From the IMG/VR virus record IMGVR_UViG_3300027886_000013, positions 1 through 27,932 of that record: a DNA stretch of 27,932 bases, one strand, 5' to 3'. Shown one piece after another: positions 7,128 to 15,368 of the stretch (the stretch's first letter is position 1; every line of letters begins with the position of its first letter). A program made the position numbers and the translations under genes. The notes under the pieces are model-generated. The model was not told the origin of the DNA. It did no database searches and saw nothing but the letters and a program-made list of their open reading frames with translations. Source of the DNA: a virus. Its lineage: Duplodnaviria; Caudoviricetes.

Positions 7128-8330
7128 ATGGCTGAAGATGTGGTCACCAAAGCGATTAGGGAGGCTGAGGAAGCATGCCAGTTGGCCATTGCCACGACGC
7201 CAGAGCAATACCGCCCTTTTATCACGTTGATTTCACAGAATAAGCGGGTTGGATCGAAACAGAACCCACAATATGCGACCATCCGCCTGCCCTATATGGG
7301 CGTTGATGGACGTGTCAAGATGGCACGGGATGAGCACCGAGCTGCGGGCATGTCGTTGTCCATCCACACCGATTTTGTAAATGTAGGTGAAAGTCCCGTC
7401 TGTAAGGCAACCATCAATTCGGCTCTGCTCGGTATCTCAGTTGACTATGCCGAGATCAAATTTGGCGGGCAGGGTGTCGATGCCTCTAATCCCATTGAAA
7501 ATGCGATCACAAGCGCAGTAGGCCGTGCCCTTGGCAATCTTGGCTATGGGCTCTACGGGACTGGGATTGCCTCGGCTGAGGAAGTTCTGGCGGCGATGAG
7601 TGAGCAGATACGTCAGAAGGTTGAAGGCGCCTTGGCGCCTGATGCGTTTGTGCTGGGGCCTGTGCAGCAACACCGGATCATTGATTATGGGGCTGCTTCG
7701 CCACGTGAACCTGCCAGTGAAAAGCAAATGGGGCTACTCTATGGCAAGCTAAAGGCATGTGGCGTTCGCGATGGTCACAAGCGGGAACTCATTGAGTTTG
7801 CTTATCCCAGCGGGCTTGGCAAGCGGGTTGCCACAGAAATAATCGATTTCCTTAGCCATGAGAATACGCTACCAAGCTGGCTGCGAACCCCCTATGTGAG
7901 ATTCCTCATCAAGACGTATGGAGTGAACCGTCAAGACGTTGGGAATTACATGGATAAGACCTTTAATCACCATGATCCCACGCTGCTGGATCACGAGCAA
8001 TTTCTAGCCCTCATCGACTACCTTGCCCCCAAGGAACAACCCGAGTCTGAGCCAGACGACATCTACCTGCCCGGTGAAGCGGTCACCGCACCCATGGCTA
8101 GGGAGGAGTGGACGGAATTCGGTGTCAACCTGTGCCTGGCAGAGCGACTATCGAATGTTCAATTCGAAGCGTGGGCCATTGCGAATTTCGGAAAAGGGAC
8201 TGAAGAAAACATATCACAGCTCTCTAGAGAGGCATATAACTCACTAGTAGCGATGGATACGAGTAAAATTGCACAAGAAGTCAAAACATTCGCTCAAAAG
8301 AAGGAAGGACAGGGCGCTTTGCTACACTGA
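7128..8330 (+). CDS. Rad52/Sak-like single-strand annealing recombinase with a long C-terminal extension
   Basis: PYMGVDGRV and NPIENAITSAVGRALGNLGYG motifs, followed by ASEKQ-type helical modules. Start moved to the ATG at 7128 (AGGAGG SD). Confidence 0.65.
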   Translation: MAEDVVTKAIREAEEACQLAIATTPEQYRPFITLISQNKRVGSKQNPQYATIRLPYMGVDGRVKMARDEHRAAGMSLSIHTDFVNVGESPVCKATINSALLGISVDYAEIKFGGQGVDASNPIENAITSAVGRALGNLGYGLYGTGIASAEEVLAAMSEQIRQKVEGALAPDAFVLGPVQQHRIIDYGAASPREPASEKQMGLLYGKLKACGVRDGHKRELIEFAYPSGLGKRVATEIIDFLSHENTLPSWLRTPYVRFLIKTYGVNRQDVGNYMDKTFNHHDPTLLDHEQFLALIDYLAPKEQPESEPDDIYLPGEAVTAPMAREEWTEFGVNLCLAERLSNVQFEAWAIANFGKGTEENISQLSREAYNSLVAMDTSKIAQEVKTFAQKKEGQGALLH

Positions 8331-8353
8331 ATTGATACAGCATCGTATCTGTT

Positions 8354-8391
8354 GAGGATTTGTCTCTTCACGGGACAAATCCTCTTTTTTT
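8354..8391 (+). terminator. Intrinsic terminator
   Basis: GAGGATTTGTC...GACAAATCCTC followed by T7. Confidence 0.85.
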
Positions 8392-8402
8392 ATTGCTTTT
8401 GT

Positions 8403-8431
8403 TTGTAATTCATGCTGTATAGTCGTATAAT
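8403..8431 (+). promoter_or_regulatory. Sigma70-type promoter of the Xis-like operon
   Basis: TTGTAA-17 nt-TATAAT. Confidence 0.6.
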
Positions 8432-8476
8432 TTACCGGTCAGTAAATAAAGAGAGCGTACCTCAGGAGGTATTTAA

Positions 8477-8677
8477 ATGAGTGAGATCAGCGAGAGCTTG
8501 ATGACGATTGAGGAAGTAGCAGAGCATCTTCGTGTAGCGAAGAGCACCATGCGCAACAAAGAGTTCCGTCAACGTCTTGGATTAAAAAGTGTCAGAGTTG
8601 GCAAATCAGTGCGGTTCCGCCGGGAAGATGTCGAAGCCTTCGTAAAAAGTAATGTGGAAGGCGGCAAGGATGCTTGA
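8477..8677 (+). CDS. Excisionase-like HTH DNA-binding protein (HTH_17/MerR-like)
   Basis: LMTIEEVAEHLRVAKSTM...VRVGKSVRFRREDVEAF; AGGAGG SD. Confidence 0.85.
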   Translation: MSEISESLMTIEEVAEHLRVAKSTMRNKEFRQRLGLKSVRVGKSVRFRREDVEAFVKSNVEGGKDA

Positions 8678-8921
8678 GTGCAATGTCACGAGATATATAC
8701 TTGAACGCGAGGAGACCGGCGACTATTTTATCGGCCTTAGCTTTGAGCCTCCTTATGTTAAGGTCACGGGAGGATTATGTTTAGCCAGGATGTGGAAACA
8801 GAAGGAAAAAGCTAGAAAAATGGCATTAAGGCTAGAAGGCAGCAATCTCTGCTTTGTGGTTAGAGAAATTTACATTGAAACGAATGGGGATATAAAGCTG
8901 GTAGGCGAACGCGATGGATAA
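8670..8921 (+). CDS. Hypothetical protein
   Basis: ATG at 8670 overlaps the preceding gene end, consistent with operon packing. Confidence 0.55.
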   Translation: MLECNVTRYILEREETGDYFIGLSFEPPYVKVTGGLCLARMWKQKEKARKMALRLEGSNLCFVVREIYIETNGDIKLVGERDG

Positions 8922-9048
8922 GGCCAGAGTCAAGAGACATTTAGCTCACGTCGGCATCGGGTTTGCTGCGGGGTTTATTGCCACGTTGACCTTGACCGGA
9001 TTGGTCCTGTGGGTTTTGGGCATCCTCACCTTTCTAGGGGCGGAGTAG
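8914..9048 (+). CDS. Small membrane protein (44 aa, not in ORF track)
   Basis: MDKARVKRHLAHVGIGFAAGFIATLTLTGLVLWVLGILTFLGAE; fills the gap between the flanking ORFs. Confidence 0.65.
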   Translation: MDKARVKRHLAHVGIGFAAGFIATLTLTGLVLWVLGILTFLGAE

Positions 9049-9049
9049 T

Positions 9050-9295
9050 ATGAGATTAGTCAGATTTACTGGGCCAGGTGGGTCACCTATTTTCGTTAAC
9101 CCAGCGAGCGTAGCCGTCCTCTATGCCGATCCCACGACTGTAGAGGCGAGTCTAACTTGCATTCGCATGGCATCTGATTTCCAAGTATTTGTCCAAGAAG
9201 ACGTGACTGCTGTGAGAGATGCGCTATGCGATGTCTCTTACGTGCAGAGGGAACAATGGACGCAGACGATTCGATTAGGGGACATGAATAAGTAA
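9050..9295 (+). CDS. Hypothetical protein, FlbD-like small beta protein
   Basis: MRLVRFT..GGSPIFVNP..V...LTCIRM....VFVQE pattern resembles the FlbD-like proteins seen in phages. Confidence 0.55.
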   Translation: MRLVRFTGPGGSPIFVNPASVAVLYADPTTVEASLTCIRMASDFQVFVQEDVTAVRDALCDVSYVQREQWTQTIRLGDMNK

Positions 9296-9528
9296 AGGCC
9301 CGCTGGGTCTTGGTCGTAACCCAGCGGGCAGCAGGCGGCTGTACGACGAGGCGAGAAGGCTTGCCGCTGAAGGCATCTCGGTCTTTCCTTGCAACTCTAG
9401 TGTAGCATGCCTGATTTATTCTTACAATAAAATTATAGGATCTGTTATAATGAAGTTGCATTCTAAGGTAGGATGCAAGATTACGGCCGAGAGGTCTATC
9501 TGGCTGCACCTCTCGGCCATATCTTATT

Positions 9529-9621
9529 CTAGCGCCACTGATACAGCCAAACGAGGATGCCAATAATCCCAGTTGACGCTACTCCCACAATGATCCCGGA
9601 GATGGCATCTTTACTCTTCAC
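9529..9621 (-). CDS. 30-aa single-TM peptide (not in ORF track)
   Basis: GTG start with GAGGAGG SD; MKSKDAISGIIVGVASTGIIGILVWLYQWR; overlaps the upstream stop. Confidence 0.55.
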   Translation of the reverse strand: MKSKDAISGIIVGVASTGIIGILVWLYQWR

Positions 9622-9751
9622 CCTTGCCCTCCTCTTCTCCAGCTTGCATGGCATCATGCCAACAGTCATCACAGATTACATCAAAAGGCTCAAGCGGCTC
9701 AAATAGGCGCCCACACCGACACTCACGCATAATGATTTTAATCTTAAGCAT
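9611..9751 (-). CDS. 46-aa zinc-finger-like protein (not in ORF track)
   Basis: AGGAGG SD; MLKIKIIMRECRCGRLFEPLEPFDVICDDCWHDAMQAGEEEGKGEE (CxC...CxxC); overlaps the stop of 9744-10196. Confidence 0.65.
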   Translation of the reverse strand: MLKIKIIMRECRCGRLFEPLEPFDVICDDCWHDAMQAGEEEGKGEE

Positions 9752-10196
9752 ATGATCCTCCTAAAGCTTTTTGAACCATTATTGCTAGTTCAGGGTCGCT
9801 TGTGTAGTCGCTGATCTCTCTGCCCTCATTTGTCTTGATGCTGTGGGCGATATCCTCGGCAAGTTTCTTGCTACTGGTCCCGCGGGGCCTCCAGCCACGC
9901 CTGCTCGTTTGGGCATTTCGGCGCTCGAAGCTGCGTTCCCTCTTTACTGATGCAGCCCGCAGTAGCACCTCGATGGCGTCGGTTTCGTCATCAGGGATAA
10001 GGCCAGCCGCTTTCCGTTCACTATGAGTGAGTTGCTTGGCGACCAGGTTCTTAACCGTGTTCGTGTAGGGCTGGATGGCTGCCCTTGCATCCCCGTGGAG
10101 ACGCACTGTTTCCTTCACAATGGCAGTGGCAATGGTTACTAATTCGTCCGCAGGGACAGTTAGACCGTTGATTTCGTTTAAACCCTGTGCTAACAT
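9744..10196 (-). CDS. Hypothetical early protein
   Basis: 150-aa ORF with upstream SD-like sequence and its own promoter. Confidence 0.65.
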   Translation of the reverse strand: MLAQGLNEINGLTVPADELVTIATAIVKETVRLHGDARAAIQPYTNTVKNLVAKQLTHSERKAAGLIPDDETDAIEVLLRAASVKRERSFERRNAQTSRRGWRPRGTSSKKLAEDIAHSIKTNEGREISDYTSDPELAIMVQKALGGSYA

Positions 10197-10288
10197 TTAG
10201 CTACCCTTTCCTATTGGCGAATCATGAGGCTGACCAGAAACCCCCATCCCTGGCCAGCCTTTTGTCTTTTGGCTCATCAACTATCTAG

Positions 10289-10317
10289 ATTATATTCCAA
10301 TCGGTATAAGTAGTCAA
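10289..10317 (-). promoter_or_regulatory. Sigma70 promoter with a palindromic operator in its spacer
   Basis: Minus strand TTGACT-17 nt-TATAAT; TATTCCAATCGGTATA at 10293-10308. Confidence 0.75.
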
Positions 10318-10462
10318 TAGTCAATTGCGTGGTTATTTAATAATTTTTATTCACATATCTTTGTGTTAAGCGCCTATATGTATGCAATTGTACTTTCCCA
10401 TCTGTTCCGAGCCATTTTCGCCATTCCAATCGGGAACACAGCTATTTAACTTCTCTTGACGA

Positions 10463-10491
10463 TTGACAAAAATATGGCCATGTGTTACTAT
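10463..10491 (+). promoter_or_regulatory. Sigma70 promoter of the repressor gene
   Basis: TTGACA-17 nt-TACTAT with extended -10 TG. Confidence 0.7.
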
Positions 10492-10536
10492 ATGGAAAAC
10501 TTGCAAGTGAAATTACAATACCCAGGAGCGGGACTC

Positions 10537-10959
10537 ATGGCAGAGACTTTATCCGCCATCATTGCGGGGAGGATACGTCGTGCGAGGCTAAGCAAGGGCT
10601 GGAATCAGGGTGATCTCGCGAGAGAGACAGGCATCTTGCAGGGCACTATCTCACGCTATGAGAGCGGGGAGCGAAGAGGAGTCCATCCTGAGAACCTGAT
10701 TAAGATTGCAGACGCAACAGGCGTGACTGTAGACTTCCTAGTGGGCAGAACGGATAGCCCTGATATTGGCCCACGGATCGCGAGAGCAAGAGGGCTAAAG
10801 AGCATGTCGCAGCAGCAGTTAGCTAATGCTACAGGAATTCCGGTCTCGCTCATCCGTCAGTTTGAAGGACAGGGAGGGATGGAAATAGATCCGGAGATCC
10901 TGGATAGAATTGCAAAAGCGACTGGCGTACAGATAGATTACTTACTGGGGATTGAATAA
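10537..10959 (+). CDS. XRE/Cro-C1 family repressor with two tandem HTH domains
   Basis: RIRRARLSKGWNQGDLARETGILQGTISRYESG and RIARARGLKSMSQQQLANATGIPVSLIRQFEG. Start moved to the ATG at 10537 (AGGAG SD). Confidence 0.9.
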   Translation: MAETLSAIIAGRIRRARLSKGWNQGDLARETGILQGTISRYESGERRGVHPENLIKIADATGVTVDFLVGRTDSPDIGPRIARARGLKSMSQQQLANATGIPVSLIRQFEGQGGMEIDPEILDRIAKATGVQIDYLLGIE

Positions 10960-10961
10960 AC

Positions 10962-11153
10962 ATGTGGCAGCTGGACCCGATTTATTCTGGTATTAGAGCA
11001 GTGAAAACGGCCATCAATCTTCTGGATATTGCACTGAGAGACTGGGAAAATGAGGATGAGGAGTGCGCTCGGATGATGAATGAAGTGTGGGATGCCAAAC
11101 AAGCCATTGTCAGGATTGAGGCGAGGCTGGGTGAGGTCGCAGCAGCACGATGA
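10962..11153 (+). CDS. Hypothetical helical protein
   Basis: Starts 2 nt after the repressor stop; ATGA overlap with the next gene. Confidence 0.55.
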   Translation: MWQLDPIYSGIRAVKTAINLLDIALRDWENEDEECARMMNEVWDAKQAIVRIEARLGEVAAAR

Positions 11154-11542
11154 AATTCTCCATCTACACCGTCATTGCTCTATGGCTTTGGTGCGCAGCA
11201 GCCGCCGGTGAGGAAATTCCCCTTGTCGTTACGCCTGAAATCCTTCAGCAAAATGCCCACACCGCCACGCTACAGACACCCTGCAACTGGGACAAAGACC
11301 TGGGTAATGTCAAAGTCATGGGCTTCTACGGAACACCTGAATCGGACATGATGCAGGCTGCGATAGAGCCCACAGCCAAGACTACGGTTGGTGCCTTTCT
11401 CCAAGTCACCATCAACCCCAGCGATTACACCCACGAGCAACGCCCTCTCCATCATGCCAATGTCGTGATCAATACGACAGGCAAGCAGTGCGAGGGAGGA
11501 TTCGGTTTTAACCCAGGCAATTTCACCAAGCCCCGACGCTAG
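11150..11542 (+). CDS. Hypothetical secreted protein
   Basis: Signal-peptide-like N-terminus MKFSIYTVIALWLWCAAAAG; GAGG SD. Confidence 0.65.
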   Translation: MKFSIYTVIALWLWCAAAAGEEIPLVVTPEILQQNAHTATLQTPCNWDKDLGNVKVMGFYGTPESDMMQAAIEPTAKTTVGAFLQVTINPSDYTHEQRPLHHANVVINTTGKQCEGGFGFNPGNFTKPRR

Positions 11543-11550
11543 GAGAGCCA

Positions 11551-12072
11551 GTGGAGACGAAACAGACTGCCAAAGATTTCCTAGCCCGTGTTTACCATGC
11601 GATGATGAAGGATGGAAATAAACCCCAGGATCATGAGGTATCCCTCCCTAGCGAGATGTATGTAACGCTTTTTAATGACGCCCACGGAGGTGGTGTTGAA
11701 CCGGGTTGGGTAAAATTCATGGGCTTTACCGTTATTGATGGCGGACCAGAGCTGTCAATCCCCTTTGTGGTCAAGACAAAAGTTGAAGACCCGTATGCTC
11801 TTGCCAGGAGTAGTAAGATTCAGCCGAAATTAAAACTCAATCCCCAAGGCACGCATTATAAAGGACCGGGTGGCACGAAGCTCTGCGTCTTTTGCAAGAA
11901 AGATCTCGACACCCATCCACGCTGCCGCAGGTGCAGTGTTCTCATCCACCGGCCAAATCCAAAATATCCTGACGCGGCGCAGGTAAGAAGACGCGTGCAC
12001 GATAGGCGACTGTGTGCCTACTGCTACGACAAGCACGAGAAGCCTACCCAGGGCCGATGTGGACCCCTCTGA
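11551..12072 (+). CDS. Hypothetical protein with a C-terminal Cys-rich zinc-binding region
   Basis: AGGAG SD, GTG start; CVFC, CRRC and CAYC motifs. Confidence 0.65.
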   Translation: METKQTAKDFLARVYHAMMKDGNKPQDHEVSLPSEMYVTLFNDAHGGGVEPGWVKFMGFTVIDGGPELSIPFVVKTKVEDPYALARSSKIQPKLKLNPQGTHYKGPGGTKLCVFCKKDLDTHPRCRRCSVLIHRPNPKYPDAAQVRRRVHDRRLCAYCYDKHEKPTQGRCGPL

Positions 12073-12238
12073 GTGTACTAAATACGCCAAAGGCACTGAG
12101 CAGCCACAGAACGACCGCAATGATCACCACAATATTTAAGATTCGTTTGATCATTGGGTCCATAGGGATAAAATTGTTAACTAACCACAAAAGAATGCCT
12201 ACAACGATCAAGACGACTACTAATTGCACTAGGTCCAA
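12044..12238 (-). CDS. Two-TM small membrane protein (Thivi_2564-like)
   Basis: LIVVGILLWLVNNFIPMDPMIKRILNIVVIIAVVLWLL pattern; last gene of the virion operon. Confidence 0.7.
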   Translation of the reverse strand: MDLVQLVVVLIVVGILLWLVNNFIPMDPMIKRILNIVVIIAVVLWLLSAFGVFSTLRGVHIGPG

Positions 12239-12240
12239 GG

Positions 12241-13047
12241 TTATACCTCCTCAATACTCATCTCCACATCACACATGCCATGGGCGTTGGTGTAGGTGAT
12301 GGGGCCGCCACTTTGCCACTGGGCATAGCCGTAGTAGAATGTGTACTGCTCAGTCTGTTGCGTGCTCGGGTTTGGATCCCACTTGTAGGTCATCGGGATT
12401 TTGGACCCGTAGGTTCGGTTGATCTGCCGCCAACGGATGACCTCTGTCGGCGTCTGCATCGGGAACGTGAATGTCCCGACATCGATGCCACGCTTTGGCC
12501 TCACCACTGCTTCGCCGTTGAGTAGCCGGATTGCCGCTGACGGATCATTCCTCCCCGTTCTAGCCCCCAACTCGGGGCCTAGATTTGGCGTGAACTTCAC
12601 GCCCACCATCACGACGCCTGCCCGGAAAAACCCAGCAGGGTTACTATTGTCCACAATTTGCAGCCCGATATACCGGTGCGTCCTGATCGAACCGTGATAG
12701 GTCCAGGTGTCGTACTCCGGGAACGGTGTCAGATCACCTGGAAAACGTAACGGAAAGGTGGAGCTCGTATAGGCGGGGGCTGTGAATAGGTCAGCTAGGG
12801 TGTTAGTCGCGAATATCTGTAACGTGCCGGTGAACCCATTGTGACGCAGCAACGCCACCGTGTCCCACTGTTTGCTAGATCCCCCGTCGAGCGTTACTCG
12901 TAGTGTCCCGAGTGCTGCCGATTGCCACTTGCGGCTAGGCTGAATGAAGAGGAGATTCGATGCCGCTACATTGACATTTGCTTGACTTGGGGATGTCGCT
13001 GCTGCACCTGCTGTCCATGATGGTGGTAAAATGTGGAACCCGCTCAT
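12241..13047 (-). CDS. Putative minor tail / tail-tip protein
   Basis: Beta-rich 268 aa, coupled to the upstream tail gene, downstream of the tape measure. Confidence 0.6.
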   Translation of the reverse strand: MSGFHILPPSWTAGAAATSPSQANVNVAASNLLFIQPSRKWQSAALGTLRVTLDGGSSKQWDTVALLRHNGFTGTLQIFATNTLADLFTAPAYTSSTFPLRFPGDLTPFPEYDTWTYHGSIRTHRYIGLQIVDNSNPAGFFRAGVVMVGVKFTPNLGPELGARTGRNDPSAAIRLLNGEAVVRPKRGIDVGTFTFPMQTPTEVIRWRQINRTYGSKIPMTYKWDPNPSTQQTEQYTFYYGYAQWQSGGPITYTNAHGMCDVEMSIEEV

Positions 13048-13050
13048 TTG

Positions 13051-15075
13051 CTATGCCCATACGAGTAATTGGGTAAGATCTTCTTGGGTCGATGTGAGTG
13101 CCTTCTCAATGACCTCGACGACGATGCCTGTCTTCAAGTTCCTGGTCCCGAGGGTAGGAACCTGGAATAGCACCGTATCCCCTACTTGGATACGGAATGA
13201 GAAACCCAGGACGGTAACGTCATATAGACCCTGGAAGCTGTGATCTCTGAATGCCAGGAATGCAGCTACTGCACTCACATTAGCAGTGTTGTCCATTAGG
13301 GTGTCAATCGTCAGCACTTCCGTAGAGTCATAGTGAGGCAGTCGCGTATTGGGAGTCCCATACCACGTCAGCACTTTATACGAGAATTCCCGTTGTAAAA
13401 ATGTCCCCAGGTTTCCCGACGGCTGAAGAAGAAAATCAGTGGGGCTTAAGAGGGTCCAATTCTTGTAGTGGCCCAGTCGGTATCCACTACCTGCCTTTGG
13501 TGGCGTGCGCTTCGATGGGACCGCATCTTCAAAGATATTATGCTCACCTAGAACTGCTACTGGATCACGAGCCCGGAGTCTTTGGATGCTCACGACGCCC
13601 AGCGAATTAACCCGGATGATTGCCCCTATAGGTTGGATAATGGCATTGAGGGCGGCTCGCAGGGTCATTTCATCCTTGATATAGATGCCATGGCCACCGA
13701 TATGCTCCGTCTGAAACGCATCGAACGAGTTCTGATCGATGGTGCACTCAGGTGCAGCACGTTGAATCATTACCCGGCAGACCTCTGCTGCAGATATGGT
13801 CGTTCTGGAGATCCCAGTATCTCCCCAGAGTTCTAAGTGAACCGGCGCGATGGGGGCAAGGGACAGTCGAAACATGCCCTTGGCATAATCGACTCTATAC
13901 CCAGCAACATTAATCTCGGCTGTAGTGGGTACCCACGTCGTTAGATCTGTATGGCCGCTTGGAACGCCGCCTAAATTAGGTATATTGATGGCACCTGAGT
14001 AAAGCGCATTGAACTGGTGGATGGCGCCGTCATGCACCTGATAGAGGTGTAACACGCTATTAATGCATACTGGCGTTATATGCCGGACAAAGCCAAAGGT
14101 GAGAGGCTTATTGACACCTAGAACTTCTGAATCACCGTCGTAGCCACCTGTACCTGCATAGGTGTTGGCCTGTATCGAGCGATCGAAGAGCACAGAGTGA
14201 TCACGTAGGACAATCGTCAGTCCATCGAGATCTGCTTCTGCCCTCTCGGTCTTCGCACGTAGGATGACTCTATACGATCCAATATCTTCGTCTGCAAGAC
14301 CGACCTTGATCTCAATCGTGCGGGTGTCCCAGCTCTGTTGGATGAGATAAGCAAACCACTGATCACCAAGCTGAATCGAAACCGTTCCGACTCTTGGCAC
14401 ACTAACCCCGGCATATCCCCCTTTATACTGTTCCACCGACATCGACACATCGCCAATGGACACCAGGCCTTCCAGCCAAAGATTTACACCGTCATAGGCG
14501 AATGGGTGCCCGTTGCTGATCCGGATCGTCGCCGCTCGCTGCGGTTCGGTTCGGTCCAGTGTAGTGCTGATGACATTGGATGCACTCACGGTGATCCGGT
14601 AGATGGAGATGCCATCCTCGGCGATCATCTCTAGATACTCACCGACATACTGGAGGCGATCTAACGGAACTACTGGCTGAGTGCTGCTCGACGATAACAC
14701 ATTGGATGAATCGCTGGTGACGTAGTGGAAGCCTAGACTCGGGTCCGTAAAGACGAGAGCAGCAGGAGGAGTGGCTGTGTTGACATACTGGTCGGTCTTG
14801 TCGGCAAACTGCGTTGGCGTCGTCGTGCCTGTAAGCACCCCACCGGGAGACGTGACGCGGAAATAGCTGAACGCCCCTGATTGGTAATTTTCGACGGTGG
14901 GAATGACATAGGGAACTCTTTGTATAATCAGTTGGGACACCTGGGGCCTGGGCGAGATTTCTGCCAGGACTGCTAGACGGCGATCGATGCCAAGCTCAGG
15001 AAAGTCCTGAATAAATTCAGTGACAATAAAACTACCGCTGTAGAAGACGCCCGCTGTGTAAGGATTGGTGCCCAA
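13051..15075 (-). CDS. Putative tail-tip / baseplate hub-like protein
   Basis: 674 aa; YAGTGGYDG..E..GVNKPLTFGFVRHITPV motif as seen in siphophage tail proteins; position after the tape measure. TTG start is uncertain. Confidence 0.65.
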   Translation of the reverse strand: MGTNPYTAGVFYSGSFIVTEFIQDFPELGIDRRLAVLAEISPRPQVSQLIIQRVPYVIPTVENYQSGAFSYFRVTSPGGVLTGTTTPTQFADKTDQYVNTATPPAALVFTDPSLGFHYVTSDSSNVLSSSSTQPVVPLDRLQYVGEYLEMIAEDGISIYRITVSASNVISTTLDRTEPQRAATIRISNGHPFAYDGVNLWLEGLVSIGDVSMSVEQYKGGYAGVSVPRVGTVSIQLGDQWFAYLIQQSWDTRTIEIKVGLADEDIGSYRVILRAKTERAEADLDGLTIVLRDHSVLFDRSIQANTYAGTGGYDGDSEVLGVNKPLTFGFVRHITPVCINSVLHLYQVHDGAIHQFNALYSGAINIPNLGGVPSGHTDLTTWVPTTAEINVAGYRVDYAKGMFRLSLAPIAPVHLELWGDTGISRTTISAAEVCRVMIQRAAPECTIDQNSFDAFQTEHIGGHGIYIKDEMTLRAALNAIIQPIGAIIRVNSLGVVSIQRLRARDPVAVLGEHNIFEDAVPSKRTPPKAGSGYRLGHYKNWTLLSPTDFLLQPSGNLGTFLQREFSYKVLTWYGTPNTRLPHYDSTEVLTIDTLMDNTANVSAVAAFLAFRDHSFQGLYDVTVLGFSFRIQVGDTVLFQVPTLGTRNLKTGIVVEVIEKALTSTQEDLTQLLVWA

Positions 15076-15220
15076 CGTTACTACCCAAGCTACTGATTTA
15101 TCAGAGGGATGAGTCTGGTGGACTTGTCCATGGTTTGTTCAGTGTCCATTATACAAAGTTATGGCACTTACTTCCAGAGAGGGGATTTTCTGAGGTCCCT
15201 AAAATAAATATAAAAGCCTA

Positions 15221-15250
15221 TTGACTTTTATTTGTCGTTTGGTATATATT
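15221..15250 (+). promoter_or_regulatory. Candidate promoter of the discoidin moron
   Basis: TTGACT followed 18 nt later by TATATT, with an AT-rich upstream element. Confidence 0.5.
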
Positions 15251-15368
15251 GTCATCTAGAGAGAGGTTAAAGGTTCCGCAGTTTTCATTTGCAACTTCTA
15301 GGCCGCCGATGTATGGTATTCTAGCCGATTGCAGCTTTTGGCAACAAGCACTGACTAAGGAGAGAGTT

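Noticed and set aside
9096-9563. 155-aa minus-strand ORF
   Set aside because: It overlaps a better-supported plus-strand gene and hairpins, and has no recognisable motifs.
9557-9706. Plus-strand 49-aa hydrophobic ORF MPIIPVDATPTM...KRLK
   Set aside because: It is antisense to two minus-strand micro-ORFs that have strong SD sequences and operon coupling.
7031-10250. GGGGTTT(T)CTGG word in two early leaders (7031+ and ~10235-10246 minus)
   Set aside because: Only two short copies in different structural contexts; insufficient to call a regulatory element.
8477-10959. Integrase or att site expected from the Xis-like gene and repressor
   Set aside because: No tyrosine or serine recombinase, tRNA or att-like repeat is recognisable in this window; temperate lifestyle remains an inference.
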